From Blastocystis sp. Blastoise (taxonomy: Eukaryota; Protista; Bigyra: Opalinata): 64,000 nucleotides of DNA. The position numbers were made by a program, and so were the translations under genes. The notes under the pieces were generated by a model, which saw nothing but the letters and a program-made list of their open reading frames with translations, was not told where the DNA came from and ran no database searches. Shown piece by piece: positions 35,117-50,159 of the stretch (positions are counted from its first letter, which is position 1; every line of letters starts with the position of its first letter). Location: the NCBI GenBank assembly GCA_039096225.1, contig JBBPEB010000021.1, positions 310,001-374,000 of the forward strand, read 5' to 3'.

Positions 35117-35473
35117 TTATGAGTTATTAGATCTATAATCATTTATTAATTTTGCAATATCATTCATATCTTCAAGGTTCAACGACGTAAACATAGAAAA
35201 GTAAGATCGTTGAAACGCCTCAGTAGCTTCTTTTGGATTATCTACTAAATCATTCTCTGCAAGGTATTCTTGTAATAATTGCTTGAAATCTTTGGGATTA
35301 GTTGTGGTTTCTGGGACATCGTAGAATTTTTCTTCTTCATCTTGACAATGATCTTCATCATTCAATGTTATTATTTTACGATTATGTTGTTCAATCCATT
35401 CATCCGAACAATATGTTTGGTCCCTTACAACAGGAAATTGTTGCAATAAAGTCATAAATTCTTGTTTTTCCAT
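35117..35473 (-). CDS. Small intronless conserved hypothetical protein
   Basis: Clean 118-aa ORF with normal composition. LLQQFPVVRD resembles the start of a small uncharacterised eukaryotic family (from recall). Confidence 0.75.
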   Translation of the reverse strand: MEKQEFMTLLQQFPVVRDQTYCSDEWIEQHNRKIITLNDEDHCQDEEEKFYDVPETTTNPKDFKQLLQEYLAENDLVDNPKEATEAFQRSYFSMFTSLNLEDMNDIAKLINDYRSNNS

Positions 35474-36424
35474 TATATATCAATTCTTTCAAAAATATTT
35501 TATTTTTTCATTTCATTAAATGTTATAACATAAGAAATGTAGGATTTTGGTTGTTATGAATAGTTCTTTTTGCTAATTTTTATAAAATTCTATTTCTATA
35601 TAAAGGAAGACTGTTTTAAAAATTCATTCAAATACAAACCAACTTGAGTTTCATTGATCTATGTTGTTAACTCTCTACAATTATTTTTCTATTTTTTTTT
35701 CATAAAAATTATATAAAGAAAGTAATTATTATTGAATTGATAAAGAACTTTGTGTTTCAAAATATTATAAAAATGATTTTTTAATGTTATAAACGTTTAA
35801 TATAATTTGTTGATATCGATTCTCATATGATTTACTTAATAAATATCAAGAAACTTGTTCATCCTAAGCGAACTCTCAATATCATAGGATATCATATATA
35901 TTAATTTTTTAGATAAAGCATATTTTGATTAACACTGGTATTTAAAATATATTTTTATACATATATTCACATCAAGAAAGATTTTTTCCGTTATCTATCC
36001 AAGATTGCTCCTTTGATTTTCAAAACAATCAAACTTAATCTTATTTATGCTCATATAAAAATATATTTTTTTATATAAGACATTTTTGCAACCAAAAATT
36101 ACGAAAATGAGTAAAAAGACAGTTGTTTACTCTTTTATTGCATAATAACCAGAAATTATTTTTTATTTAGTACTCAGAAATGTTTTAGCAACTATATATA
36201 CAAAATATATTGAATAAATCGTAATTCTAGTAATTTCAAATAGTAGTTTATTATTCATTTTTAATGTTTATTATATTCTTCTTTCAAATAAAATTATAAC
36301 ACCTTATTAAAAGGTTTAGATCAACGACAATAATAATTACCAGTATTTGAAATAGTAAGGTTCTTTCCCCAAAAGATTGTGTTCCTTTTTTTCTAAAATG
36401 CTGAATCGCGGGAATATTGTTTTT

Positions 36425-36470
36425 TTCCAGAAGAATCCAAAAAGTTCCAGAAATCTAGAAACTTCTGGAA
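36425..36470. promoter_or_regulatory. Heat-shock element cluster (nGAAn inverted arrays)
   Basis: TTCcaGAA at 36425, TTCcaGAA at 36445 and a perfect GAAacTTCtgGAA at 36458-36470, about 95-140 bp upstream of the ATG at 36566. Confidence 0.6.
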
Positions 36471-36565
36471 TTAAGATTCTGTTTCCGTTTTCTGTCTTCG
36501 TTTTCTGACTTATTTATTTTTGTCTATAAAACTAAGAATACTGCTTATTTTCTTTATTTATTATA

Positions 36566-38190
36566 ATGGATACTGATATTACATTAGACTCTTCCATGAC
36601 ACCTCTTGAGGAAGCTTCTCAACCTGAAGAATCTGCTCTTGAAGTCAAATCAAGAATGAATAACATTCAAAGAGAAAATAAAGGATCTTTTTCCGAATCT
36701 ATACCTGAATTTGATATTACTATCAAATATATTTCTCCTGATGGTTGTATTGATGGAACTCAATCAATTATCATACGTGTTAAGAGAACTGATTTAATTG
36801 CTACTGTTAAAGCAAAATATGTTGATACAGAAAAATGTCCTTCTCCAAATTATATTCTTTTCAAATACGGAGATAAGGAATTACTTGATCAGAACACATT
36901 ACGTGATTATGGTATTGTTCATGATTGTGTTATTTATCATGAATACATCAATCGTGTCCCTTACTCTGCTGTCGATTATCATACGTTATCTAAATTGATC
37001 GAAGAAGAAGCTATTAAAAATAAGTATTTTTTTTTATTATTTTATTTTTTTTGTAATATATATATTATCCATTTTTGTCAATATATAGAGATTTTACAAA
37101 AGCTGGTTTTGACCCTGAATATGGTCGTTGGGATCAGGAATGGACCAAAGGAGATGAATGGAAGGATTACCCTAATGTTATTCGACCTAATATTTGGGAT
37201 GGTATATATATATATAAATATATATTATTTTTATTCTTTTCTATTAACTGTGTACAACATATATATCCTAATTATTTCTTATATCATATATAGATAATAG
37301 ACGTGAAGCTCTTATTGTTGGTAATCATCGTTCCTCATTTCATATCAAGTATTTCTTATAGTTATATATATTTATACTTCTATAAATCTATATAGGGAAT
37401 TTCCGGATCGTTTATTTAAGACTATATATGTGACCCAAGTAAAGGATTATCTCTTCCAATGCATTCATAAGATGGAAGGTAAATGGAATGGAGATATTCT
37501 TCAACTTAATGAATATGGTACAAGTGATTCATTAGTAGTTTCTGAAGTTGAATTGAATTTTGATCCTCAAGGATTTTGGATTGAAGCCAGAAAACAGGTC
37601 ACTCCCATGGGACTTGTCACAGTGGCTACTTATAAATATATTCCCACGGGAAACGGAAAATTAAGAGTATACATATATTTTGATTTATGTTATAGTTTCT
37701 ACTTTTTCTATATATATATATATATTATATATAGTTAGCGAATGTTGAAGGTGGTACTCAAGGCCTTAATATTGAAGTTACTGAAATGTCTCCGATGTTA
37801 CTTGTAACTACTGCTATTTCTAAGTATACCAATAAGCCAGTGTATATAGAAACTGTTACCATGATTGATCCCATGTCCAGAGTTCGCACTATACAAGTAT
37901 ATATATCATGCTTTTATTCATTTATTTATTATATTTATTATATTTATTTATTATATTTATAATTTATTTATTTATATTTATATATTATATTTATATTTAT
38001 TATATTTATAATTTATTTATTTATATTTATAATTTATATATATATTTACATATATATCTATGTATAGCACTTCTCGGAGAGTGGTGCATTCACAGGGGTG
38101 GATCTTATGAATGAAAAGAGGGTCTTGGATCAAACAAGTGGCGCGCTCGCACAATTTAAAATGCCACCTCAAAAGCCTGAGCAAATATAA
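36566..38190 (+). CDS. Ubiquitin-like domain protein with C-terminal calycin/DUF3598-like beta-barrel; about 6 exons
   Basis: UBL: IIRVKRTDLIATVKAKY...LFKYGDKELLDQNTLRDYGIVHDCVI. Barrel-like: MEGKWNG ... ETVTMIDPMSRVRTIQ|HFSESGAFTGVDLMNEKR. Stop at 38188-38190. Confidence 0.7.
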
Positions 38191-39456
38191 ACAACGATAC
38201 TCTATTTATATAATATACTATATAGAATATAGTTATATATATTTACTGTTTATATTCTTTTGTTCTTATTCTAGTACTCATCTCTTTATATGCCCTGCAA
38301 CTCTCAACTATACTTTGCATTTATCCTCTTTCTCTCATTTTATACTTATATTTATTTGAAAATATGTTTTTCTTGTGACATATGATTCAGTTATATAATG
38401 CTGTTTCTCTTTTCTCTTTTTGTTTTTTCTTCAATCTTGATTTATGAAACTTTCTGTTATTCTATATATATTTTTATATATGCAACTCTATATTAATCGA
38501 TTCAAATCATTCTCGATTTTGAACGTTTGTTTTTGTTTCCGATATTCTTTACCATATACAACATTTTCAGAGAAACATTTTTGTTCTTTACTAAAAATAG
38601 CTCTATTATTTCTTTATAATAGTCACTATATATATATTTAAAAGTATTTTTAAAATAGTGAATTATCAACAACACATATTTCATATTTTTATTTCTCATT
38701 TTGTTATATGGAGAATAATAAGAAAAACAAAAACCTCCTCTCAAAAATAAAAAGTAATTAATTTATATATAATATATAATGAATAGTATTGATACTATCA
38801 TTATTTTTTGTACTTTATATAGAATCTACATTAGAAGAAGAAGAAAATAATAATAATATGTAAATAGCCATGCTATATAGAAGAATAAATCAAATGAAGA
38901 AAGTAGTCTTTCCATGAAAACTAACTATTTTTCAATATCGATTTTCAACTACAGTTGCTCTATCATATTTTATACATAAGTCATATTCATATAATTCTGA
39001 ATAAATCCATTTGAACATGATTATAGACACAATAATAAATAGTATAAACTGTTTAAATGTTGTTTTCTAAGTATGTTCACTGATAGAGTACATCCACTGC
39101 TACATAAAATTCAAAAGCAAATAGAACAAATAGATTTCTTTTGAAATTGTCACAAAATCTAATATGTTACAATAGAAATCATTTGTTTTGCTCGATACTC
39201 AAACATATTGACTTTCATTTCATTATATTCACCATAAAATATCAATTAAAAAGTTTCAAGTATAAAAAGGAAAAAAATACCCATCACATACTATATTATT
39301 GGTTGTTTGGTATTCATTGAACAGTTGTGTTTTTCTTTCATTAATTTTTCTTAAACTATTTGATGGTTTGTATATTTATTTCATTATATTATATTGAAAA
39401 GTTGTTTTAGTATTATGTTCTATTAATGTGATATTTTTATTTTTATATAGGTTTTG

Positions 39457-40204
39457 ATGAATCCTAACGACAATCAAACCACTCAAGTAATAGACGTCAA
39501 TAGGTAGTTTTTATTATTATTTTAAAATATTTAAACCAGTTTTAGTCATTCAAAAGATTCAAAACTTAATGAACTTGCAACAAATGACATAGAAACATCA
39601 AATAAATCTATTTCTGTATCTCCTTCACCAGAACAAAAGTCGAGTCGTGGAGGAAAACCCATTGATGTATAAATTTATAATGTAATAAATATTAAAAAAT
39701 ATTATTTTTAGATGATTATCAACTTAATGAAAGGAATAGCTGGTACAGGAGCATTGGCTGTTCCATATGCTGTATCTCAAGTATATGATTAATAAGTATT
39801 ACTAGTTGTTCTTGTATATGAGTTTATAATGATATTTTCTTTATAGACAGGAATAATTCTCGCCATTTTTTTCTATATATTTTTCAGTTTTGGTTGTTAC
39901 TATTGTGCATATAGTATGATTCGATATCACGAATATCTCCAGAGCCCTAAACATGTAAATGATATTAAAATTATATATATATATAGATTATTTCTCATCA
40001 TAAACCTATTCAAACAGATAGCGATTATACACAAATCGTTTATTATGTATAATATATATATATATATATATTGTATTTCGTAGTTTTTAGGCTTACCTGG
40101 TTATTACATTGTTATCTTCGCCATTTTAGTTACTCTCTGGGGTGCATCCATTGGTATTACTGTAGTCTCCACAGATTTCGCATGTAACCTTCCTTGGGCA
40201 TCTC

Positions 40205-40253
<49 letters not shown>

Positions 40254-41316
40254 CCTGATGTATCTTCATCAACTATTCGTATATATTGCTGTCTAATTAT
40301 TACTATCATCGAAATCATTCTTGTTCTATTCAAAAACACAAAACCACTTGTTTATATCTCTTCCTTCGGTCTCGTTGCTCTTATTGTTTCCTTCGTCATT
40401 CTATTCATAAGAGGAGGAATTGATTATGGTATATCTATTACCGCCATAAACTTGTTTCCCGCCGATTTCTACAGTTTATTAAGAGGGATTGGCGTCTTTA
40501 TCTATACTTTAGGTTATATTCTATTCATGTTCCCTCTCTATAAAGCCCTAGATACTCAATACCGTCCTCGCGCCTCTTCCGCGGTTCTGGCGGCCCTTAT
40601 CCTGATGACCTGTCTCTATCTATGTATATATCATTATTCTCTTTATTAATATATATATAGTTATTGGTATTATTCTCTTCTGCATATTTCAAGCACATCC
40701 TTGTATATAAACTTTATTTCACTATATATATATATATATAATATATATATATATATTAGTAGGAGTTCAGTCAAATATACTTCGTAACTTAGATCCCACG
40801 TCTGTTGATACCTCTATTGTATATACTATTAAGACTATATATATATATATATATATATATAGATCAGTATAGCTATGATGGTTTCCTGTCTTGGTCAGTA
40901 TCCATTAACATTATTATCTGTTTTTGAAATCGTAGAAACCCCTATTCGTATATATACATTATTCTCTATTATATATATATATATATATATATATAGATCA
41001 TAGGAAAGAGAATTCATTGTTTGTCACGGACTGCGGTCGCGTTTCCTCACGTATACTTCAAGTTATTCTTCTTTCTGTTATTTCTCTACTTATCCCTTTC
41101 TTTGGGTCTATACTTAGCTTTATTGGTTCTTTTACCTCTATGATGGTAGAACTAGTTCTTCCCTCTCTTCTCAATATTATGGGCTATTCTTACTTTAAAT
41201 CAAAGCATGCACATCTAAAGCTCATAGCAGACTCTCTCTTCTTCACATTCTTTGCGATTCTCATGATTATCTGCACATATTTCTCATTTATAGATCTCAT
41301 CAATACAACACAATAA
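39457..41316 (+). CDS. Amino acid/auxin permease (Aa_trans, SLC36/38-like), about 10 exons
   Basis: IINLMKGIAGTGALAVPYAVSQ|TGIILAI; GIGVFIYTLGY; GVQSNILRNL; QYPL; LLIPFFGSILSFIGSFTSMMVELVLPSL; many TM helices. Confidence 0.9.
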
Positions 41317-42407
41317 CAAAAAATTATTTTATTTAGAATTCTTAGGGTATATTCTGTATACAGAACCCATTTATTCTCCTCCTTGTTTTGTTATATTATT
41401 ACATTATATCACTATGGACATTTTGTGTTTTTTTGACCCTATTTCCCGTAAGAGAAACAACAAAATGACTGGAGTTTTTTAGTCAAAAAAGTGTTGGCCT
41501 AAACTCGAGAAAAGAGTGTCCGCCAACTTGTCAAGTTTCTCTCTTTTTGACGAGAATAACTTAAAAATAACTCTACAAAATATATTGTTTATTTATATAA
41601 TCATAGACATTCTAAATATTGACTCTTTTACAGTGTTTTATGATTTGAAAAGTTCATTTATAACCAAAAAGACTTTAAATTTTTCTCTGAAGTCTATAAT
41701 TCACGAATGGATTACATGAGTGACAAATTTTTTAAAGTTGTGTGTTCTCTGAGTGATGTATTATCATTTCAATCATTCTTATCAAGTCCTTTTACAATAA
41801 AAACCATTATACAGCCTAAACCAAAACACACCTAAAAATATCTTCTTTTTGATTTCCCAAGGAAAAAACAATAAAATGACTTGACTTTTTTATTCATAAT
41901 TTTTTAGCCTAAAGACGATAACATTTTTTTCAGCCAACTACCCTAGAAAGTCAAATAGTTTAAAAATTCAAAAATGAAAAGAAAAACGGAAGCTCTTGTT
42001 TTTGTTTATTGATTATCGTCAATAAACCTGTTTTTAAAAATATGACTTTAGAATATCATTCAGGACTTGATTTATAGTTCAGGGTATCGTTTTAAGGTTT
42101 AAAATAGCTTTTTTGAGAGAATTCATAATTATGTCCTAAACCAAGAGGAGTTGTGCGTTTTTATCATCTCTGTTGTTAAGCATGCTTATACACAACATAC
42201 TAAGCGAAATAAAAATTTTTTTCTTGCTAGTCAAGATTTTCACTCATTTTTAAATATTTGATTTTTAGTCTCAAAAGTGGTATAGAGTCTCTATACATGC
42301 CTGTAAGAATCGTTTTTAATACTAAAAAGTCAAAAATATTAAAGAAAAGTGACAGTGAAAAAAGGAGGGAAAAAATACTTTTTTTGAGTTTCTTGATATT
42401 CCCGCAA

Positions 42408-42458
42408 GAGATAATTGACTCAGGACGCTCTAAATTGTAAAACTTGACTCAGGACAGT
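42408..42458 (+). repeat. Left TIR, with internal direct repeat TTGACTCAGGAC x2
   Basis: GAGATAATTGACTCAGGACGCTCTAAATTGTAAAACTTGACTCAGGACAGT. Confidence 0.92.
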
Positions 42459-42622
42459 GGTCTTCGGCTCATTCTACGAGTGGGGACTTTAAAAATGTTT
42501 AAAAATAATACTGGGGAAAACTCTATGTTTATTTTTTATTGACTCTTGAAGGGTATTGATATATTGATGTATATATCTTATATAAGTATCTTTAATATGT
42601 ATATATAGTATAGTATATATAG

Positions 42623-43220
42623 GAAAAGTGATAAGAATGGTATAAGACGGCATTAACATGGTAAGATGGTTATGATATGTTATTCTATGGAGTTATGACG
42701 TTGTGTAGTGGCTTTGAATTGTATTTTTAATGTAGTGATGAGAATAAGATAGGTATATAATATATTATGTAATTATGATCATTAACCTTAAAATATCTCT
42801 ATAGGCTTCTTCTTTATTACGGTCATTTTAGAATGGTATACTCTATCATTATATAGGATAGAAAATGAGAATAATTAGATTCAAAAGAGAATTGGCATCA
42901 TTGTGGGTGTTTATGGTTAATTGACTAATAAAGTTTTCATATTCAATTAGAATGATGTTCTTGATGCTAATTAATCTATTAATAAGTTATATATATATAT
43001 TATGAATAAATGGAAATGGATTAGGTGCTGTTATGGGCTATATCTGCTTTATCTTGTTAATTATGCTATTATATGTAATTATGGCTATTTATGATTATAG
43101 AATAGTCATATTGGCCATAGTTTATTGGAATTGATCTGGTCAGCATACTATTGGATTCTATGCTATTTGATTGTTATTATACTATTAGAACTCCATTATG
43201 ATATTACTATATATGTTTAG
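42623..43220 (+). pseudogene. Decayed spliced host-like gene fragment just inside the left TIR
   Basis: Phase-compatible GT-AG intron 42753-42804, codon-like periodicity, multiple in-frame stops. Confidence 0.5.
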
Positions 43221-43813
43221 TAGTTTAAGTATTTAAAAATATGAATATATATGTTGTTTTGTTTAGAATTAATATGTGTAAATAATATAATACACAACAA
43301 TAATATAACGATACTAAATAGAGTATACTAATAGAAAAATATATATATAAAGTTTTCAGTTATAGAAATAAACACAGAAGAAACTAGGAATATATAAGAA
43401 AGAAGATTTTTAAAACTAAAGAATAAAAAGCGTTTTATAATAATAATAATAATAATAATAATAACTAACTTTATAGAAATTAAAAGGAATAAATATAAAA
43501 TATGAATAAGAGCATATTAATAATATATTACGTTTCAAGATAGAATGATGTTGAGTAACAATTGTTGTTAAAAAATATATCTAAGTATAAAGTACAATAT
43601 ATATACTTTAAATAATATACATAGAATCAATACTAATATTATATATATATAAGAGAAATCACTTCTATAACAATATATAATGGATATATATGAATCACAA
43701 AGTTGTAAAATACTCAGAATAATAATATGAGTAATGAAGAAAGAAGTATAAGGAGACTCTATATATATCAAGTAGATAGTAATAATATATATCATTTATT
43801 GTATATAATTATG

Positions 43814-43846
<33 letters not shown>

Positions 43847-46800
43847 AGTATATAAGTAACTAATAGTTATCAAAATAGCAAATAATTACTATTATATATA
43901 TCAAGTATATAATAAATGCTCATAGTATTCGAAATCACCCAAGTAAAATATCAATAAACCAATTACTATAGATATAACATAATAGAGTATATGTAATTAA
44001 GTTATTATATATATACTATTAATACTCATGATATTATATATAATATAAATATATACTTAAGTAGATACACCAAAAGCACTATAGATATAATTTAAGTATC
44101 AAACATATTATATATTTCTTTAGTAGTATAACCTTATCTATATAAAAATATATTTTATAAACCATATATAATACACAAAGTAGAATATACAATGTATATA
44201 TTAAATATAAAAGTTATTGTATAATAGAAAGAGAATATAGAATAGTATATATAGTATATGTATACTATTATATATATTCTATGTTGTATATATCTAAACA
44301 TAAGATTGATTTATCAATATGATAATGAATCATTGAAAACCTATAAAACATTAAAAAGAGAAATATATATAGTATACCTTACAGTTATAGTATATATTGT
44401 GTAGATAGATGAATAAAGTAGCAGAGTATAAGCGTATTAATGGTTCTCTTTTCTATTTTACTTTTTCATGTACAATAAACCAGAAAGAGTAGAAGAAGTA
44501 TAAGAATATTATAATATCTTATCAACGAAGGATAAACCATATAATACTCAGATCTGATATTTATATATTATTCATTCTATAAAAAGATAAAATTAAATAT
44601 ATAATAATATGAAATTAAAATAAAAGTTATAAATAATCAATACAATATAATCTAATAAATATATATATATATATATAATATTAATGTAATAATTCTTATA
44701 TACTATATATTATTTATGTATTCTATAATGTAACAACTATGTAGGCATATATTATATATCCACTCATATAATCTAAACTAGACACATAGCATATATTCCA
44801 TGTTGATCACTGACATACTATATAATGATATTACTATCTATATTTTTTATATCAATATCAGTATAGATATAATATATATATATATATATTTTAGTATGTA
44901 TAACATATATACTTTCAATATAATCCATGATACTGCTACTATATATTATATACTATATATTAAATTATATTATATTTATATTATTCAGATATATTAATAA
45001 ATAAAGTTAATATTTATATACCTTCAAATGATACTTTTTGTTATTATTTAGAATAAGAATTGAGTTACTATGTGAATCAGGAAGGAAGTCATTATAATTA
45101 ATCTAATAGTGAAATGAAATATATAAGTTGAAGAGAGTCGATGAAGATGAGAAAGATATATTTGATTGTATCTATATATAGATAATATATTAATAACATA
45201 AACAATAAAAGTTTATTGGATAAGAAATTATAATAATATATATATATATATAATATAGTGACTATATACAATAAATTAATATAGAATACTATCATTATAA
45301 ATCTGCTTATAATCGCAGTAACTATATAAATATATTGTTTAGGATCTATATAATATAATAATATCAATATGATTATATAATAGAATTCTTAAAGCATCAA
45401 ACTTATATAAGTTAATATGGAATAATAATAATATAAATTATTTATATACAATATAGAGTAGTTAAAAAAGGACTTTAAATAGTAGTAGGAAACAACACTA
45501 ATCCAAAATATATAATCATCTAAGTTTATTCCATTAACACTATATATATAATAGTAAGTACTTAATAAAGATAAAGTACAATATATATATATATATATTT
45601 AGCAAATATTATAAGAATAAATACTATACATATTATGTTATATATAGAGTATATGCTTATATATATATACTTGAATAACCCATTTTTAAATATAAACCTA
45701 TCCTTAAGAATATAGTTAACGTATTCTATACCTATATAATGATATGTAATATATATATATATAATTATATGAAAATAATTATAAAAAGAAAAGTAAATAT
45801 ATATTGAACTATACAAATAATAATATAGAACATAAGCAATAGACTAGAATAGAATAATATACATAAATATAAGCTTCTCAATATGAATAGGAACAGAAGG
45901 AGAGACTAGTAACTATAGATATCTTATTGAGTACCTAAGATAGTTCTACTTATCCTGTATATATAAGAAAAACTATAAAACTATATAGAGTATTTATATA
46001 TATATTAATAGATGAAATATGAAAATCTATAATATCTACATATAAAAAGATAAGAAAAACTATAAATATAGGAATAGTATTCATATATATACCTCTATAG
46101 GTAATAGAGACAACTGAAGATCTTTCATAATACATAATAAACAAGAGATTACATTCAATTTGAACTTTATACATATAATACATGATATATAAATAAGAAA
46201 TATACAATGAAAATATAATTTATAACATTATAAATAATTCAAAGAACTTATTAAAAAGAATTTATATACATAACTATTAACACTGGTGAGAATATAAATA
46301 GAAAAAAGGAGGCCATTTGTACTATAAAGAAACAACTATATACATATATATAAATATATTTATATTTAAATTTATATACAAAAGTTATATAAAACTAATG
46401 TGTACCAAATATATTATGTTTTATAATGATTCTTTGAATAGAATAATAGATACCAAATAAATACCACTTCATGTAGTATCATTTCTTCTGAGAGTTTTTC
46501 TATAAATATATACATAAATACGAATCATAAAATAATAGATAATTCATTAATAGAGAAGTAATCTAAATATCTATAGAATAATTATACTTTATATAATACC
46601 TGACTAATCATAAGTGTTTTTATATAAATAGATTATAAGTATTCTTAAACAACAAGCAGGTAGAAATATCTATACTTGTATAACATAACCTATATATATG
46701 TTTAAATATAGATATAAATATCTATAAACTTTAATATAAATATATCTATACATATTAATATAAAAATATTAATAATCTAACCAAAACATGAATATATCAT

Positions 46801-47759
46801 CATCTATCTATATATATACTCTAGTATAATTACTATGAATATTCTAATATATATATACTTTAATATAAATATATATACTTTTATATAAGTAGATCTATAT
46901 ATCATTTTACTGCATCTATTTATACATATAGTCTAATATAACTTTATACATATATATTTTAATATATCTATATATAAATATCCTTTACTACATTTATAAT
47001 TTATTATATCTATATATATTCTTTAATATTAATTTATATATATATACTTTAACATAACTATTCTTATATGTACTTTAATATAACTATATACATATATATT
47101 CATCTAGATATGTATGTTTTACTATATAATATAACTATATATATATTAATATACTATATACATTAATATAAATAAACATTTTTATAACTATATACATATA
47201 TATATAAATATATATACACTTGAATACCACTTTCTCTACACTTAATAGTTTTGTAATTGACTCAATCTATATATATATATACTTTAGTATAGCTATATAT
47301 ACATTTTGATGTATCTATAAATGATATATTTAAATATAGTTATATAAAAAATTAAATATAAATATATACTATAATATATCTAGAATAACTAGAAATGAGC
47401 TAAATTTCTATTTCCTAATCTATTATCTTCCAAGTAATAAGAGAGTATATAATTAATATAAGTTGTATCATGTTTCTAAGAAGGATAAAAGATTAAAATA
47501 TATTTATATATAATATATATATATACAATAAAATAATAGGAAAACATTCTAAAATCTAAATAGAAAGTAAAAAATGACTAAAGAAGAATATATATACTTA
47601 ATATATTGCAATTCATCCTTATTAAAAGATTTAAGAATAATAAATGCCTAACATATGAAGAATACTATAGAAAAAATAAAATATAATATAATATTTAAAT
47701 AAAATAATATTGAAAGAATAAAACACTTAAAATTAATCATTCAATATATAATATATATA

Positions 47760-48700
47760 TACTTGTTAATAAAATCCATTTGTTTACTAATTCTAACCTC
47801 TATAACACCATTTGACCCAATAATAGTCTGTAATTAGCCAATTGAGAAAAGAAGTCTTTTGTTTCTTAACTATCAACAATTTTTTGTTTTCTATATAATA
47901 TAGATATAGTGATGATAAGAAATAAATAACAGAATACCTTTAAAGACCAAAGTTAATCTGGAATCTGTTTTCGTCAACGATATTAAGACCTGGAAAGAAT
48001 TGATTCTTTCAAATGAACCCATTCTGAATTTGCAAGAATCGCTGATCGCTCTATAGAAACAAATTATTTTACAAGATCAATGAAGATTAGTAAATAAAAA
48101 TACTTCTGACAGATTCCATCATTAGATATAACATCTCTAAATAAGAAAATATAATAGATATAGAATAAAAATAAATAAATAAAGACTTACAAGAACAATC
48201 TATTTTTTGTATATAATAATTTTTTGTTTTGTGAAAATAGTACATCGAAGCAATCATGTTTAGGTAACTCTCTGGTTAGGGTACAACAGTTTAGGAAATA
48301 AACTTTACCATTCATAATCGTTTTTTGTAAATCTATAATAGAGTTAAATATTCAACTATATTTATATACCTAACAACATACCATTAAAGAATTCATTAAT
48401 CATAAGCTTCTTCAACAGCATTATGATTTTTGGCAATGTATTTATTTCTATTGTATGTATATTCTTGCACATCAACTGGAGGTGTCGATAATCCTTGATA
48501 TGTTACATTTCCATGGATCTCAACTTTTCCAATAAATTCACCAGAATGTTTGTAACTAAAGATAATTAAATACAATAAACATATAAAATATACTATAAAT
48601 GAGTAAACACATTCAATCAATAATATATTAAGGCTTTTAAAGCACTTTGGGACGACTATTAATTCAAATACAAAATATGAAGTGAAAATATTTTAATTTT
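47760..48700 (-). pseudogene. Decayed multi-exon gene fragment inside the MULE region
   Basis: Exon-like blocks with CTATAG/GT boundaries, e.g. KHSGEFIGKVEIHGNVTYQGLSTPPVDVQEY, broken by stops and frameshifts. Confidence 0.45.
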
Positions 48701-50159
48701 TGGCTTATTCTTTTTGAAATTTAAGAATTTAATAAAATATACTATAGTAATTAAACTATTATGTTTAAATTGTAATAAAAATTAATTATATATTTTATTA
48801 TGTCTATTTAGTATAGATCATACCTTCTAGGTCATACTGTCCTTCTTAATTTGTGGATATTGGCTTTCCAAAACACAATTTGGCTTGTCTTGTATATTTT
48901 ATTCTCTTTATTATTGCTATATAGTCTACCAAACATCTACTATAGGATAAACAAACGGAATAATACATTCAATATTCAACATTCTTGATCAATCATTTAC
49001 ATGTCGGCAAACAGTTACTCAGAACTACTCTTCACTGTACTCAATCAATGTTAAATTACTACTCAAACTGGTCTAGCCCATATTTATGAAATACTTACAT
49101 ATTGGTTGATTAGGTGAAACTCAAAGATTTTCAAATACAATATTTAATTTGTTGAATGCATTAGATCTTCTATTCTCTTGGATTTAGAGTATATATTATT
49201 CTTTCTTTTCACTTTTTATCTGCAATCAATTTTTAATTTGTTTTTTTAAGTTGTTATTTTTAATATTATATATTGTATTTTATCTATAGTATGAGATGAA
49301 ACGTTTATTATTCACTGGTGTCTTATTTATAGTATATATATTATTATTATTTGTTTAGTATTGTATATATTAATGTACTTGGTATATATAGTTCTTCATT
49401 TATGGTAAAAAAAGACTAATTATGGATAATATTATATTAAATTATGTAAATAATATTTGAGATAGGATATTGATGGTTTTCTGTGTCGTTAATATATGTA
49501 TATAATCTTATTTTGTCAAAATATATTAAATAAAGACTTATTCTTTTGTATATATATATATATATATATTTATGTTCGTTTATGGTTATAGAGTATTGAA
49601 TGTTATTGTTTATTGATATATAGGAAGAAAGATTTAAGAATGATGAACTCAACAAGAATAAAAACAATAGGTTATATATATGGAAAGTATGTAATATAAT
49701 TTTGAATATAATTATTGAATAAATAAAAAATGTTTATATATATATATATATATATATAATGAATGAGTATCATAAAAATAGATTTAAATAAGATATATAT
49801 GAATAATACTATGATAATTAGTTAAATTAGATACATATTTGTTTATAGTATTAGAGATAATATGGAAAATAATATTGATAAATAATTAATCAAAACGAGT
49901 CATTTTAACCTGGTCTTCAAGTGGTATGGCACGTTTCACATGAGGAACCTTTTTATACTTCTTATTCATAGCCTCTTCTGCCTTTCTCTTTCGTCTAATA
50001 GTGGCAGGCTTACCTTTTGACTGTAGAGCATAAAGAGGCTTCAGAATCTTACAACATGGCGTTTGTGACAATATCTCGTTATCAATGAAACTATATAGTA
50101 TTGGCTAATAGTATATATAGTATGTTTATTATATTTATATATATATATCATATATGGTA

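Noticed and set aside
43000-43050. GNGLGAVMG resembles a lipase GxSxG elbow in the cargo pseudogene
   Set aside because: It lacks the Ser, needs a frameshift, and is too decayed to assign.
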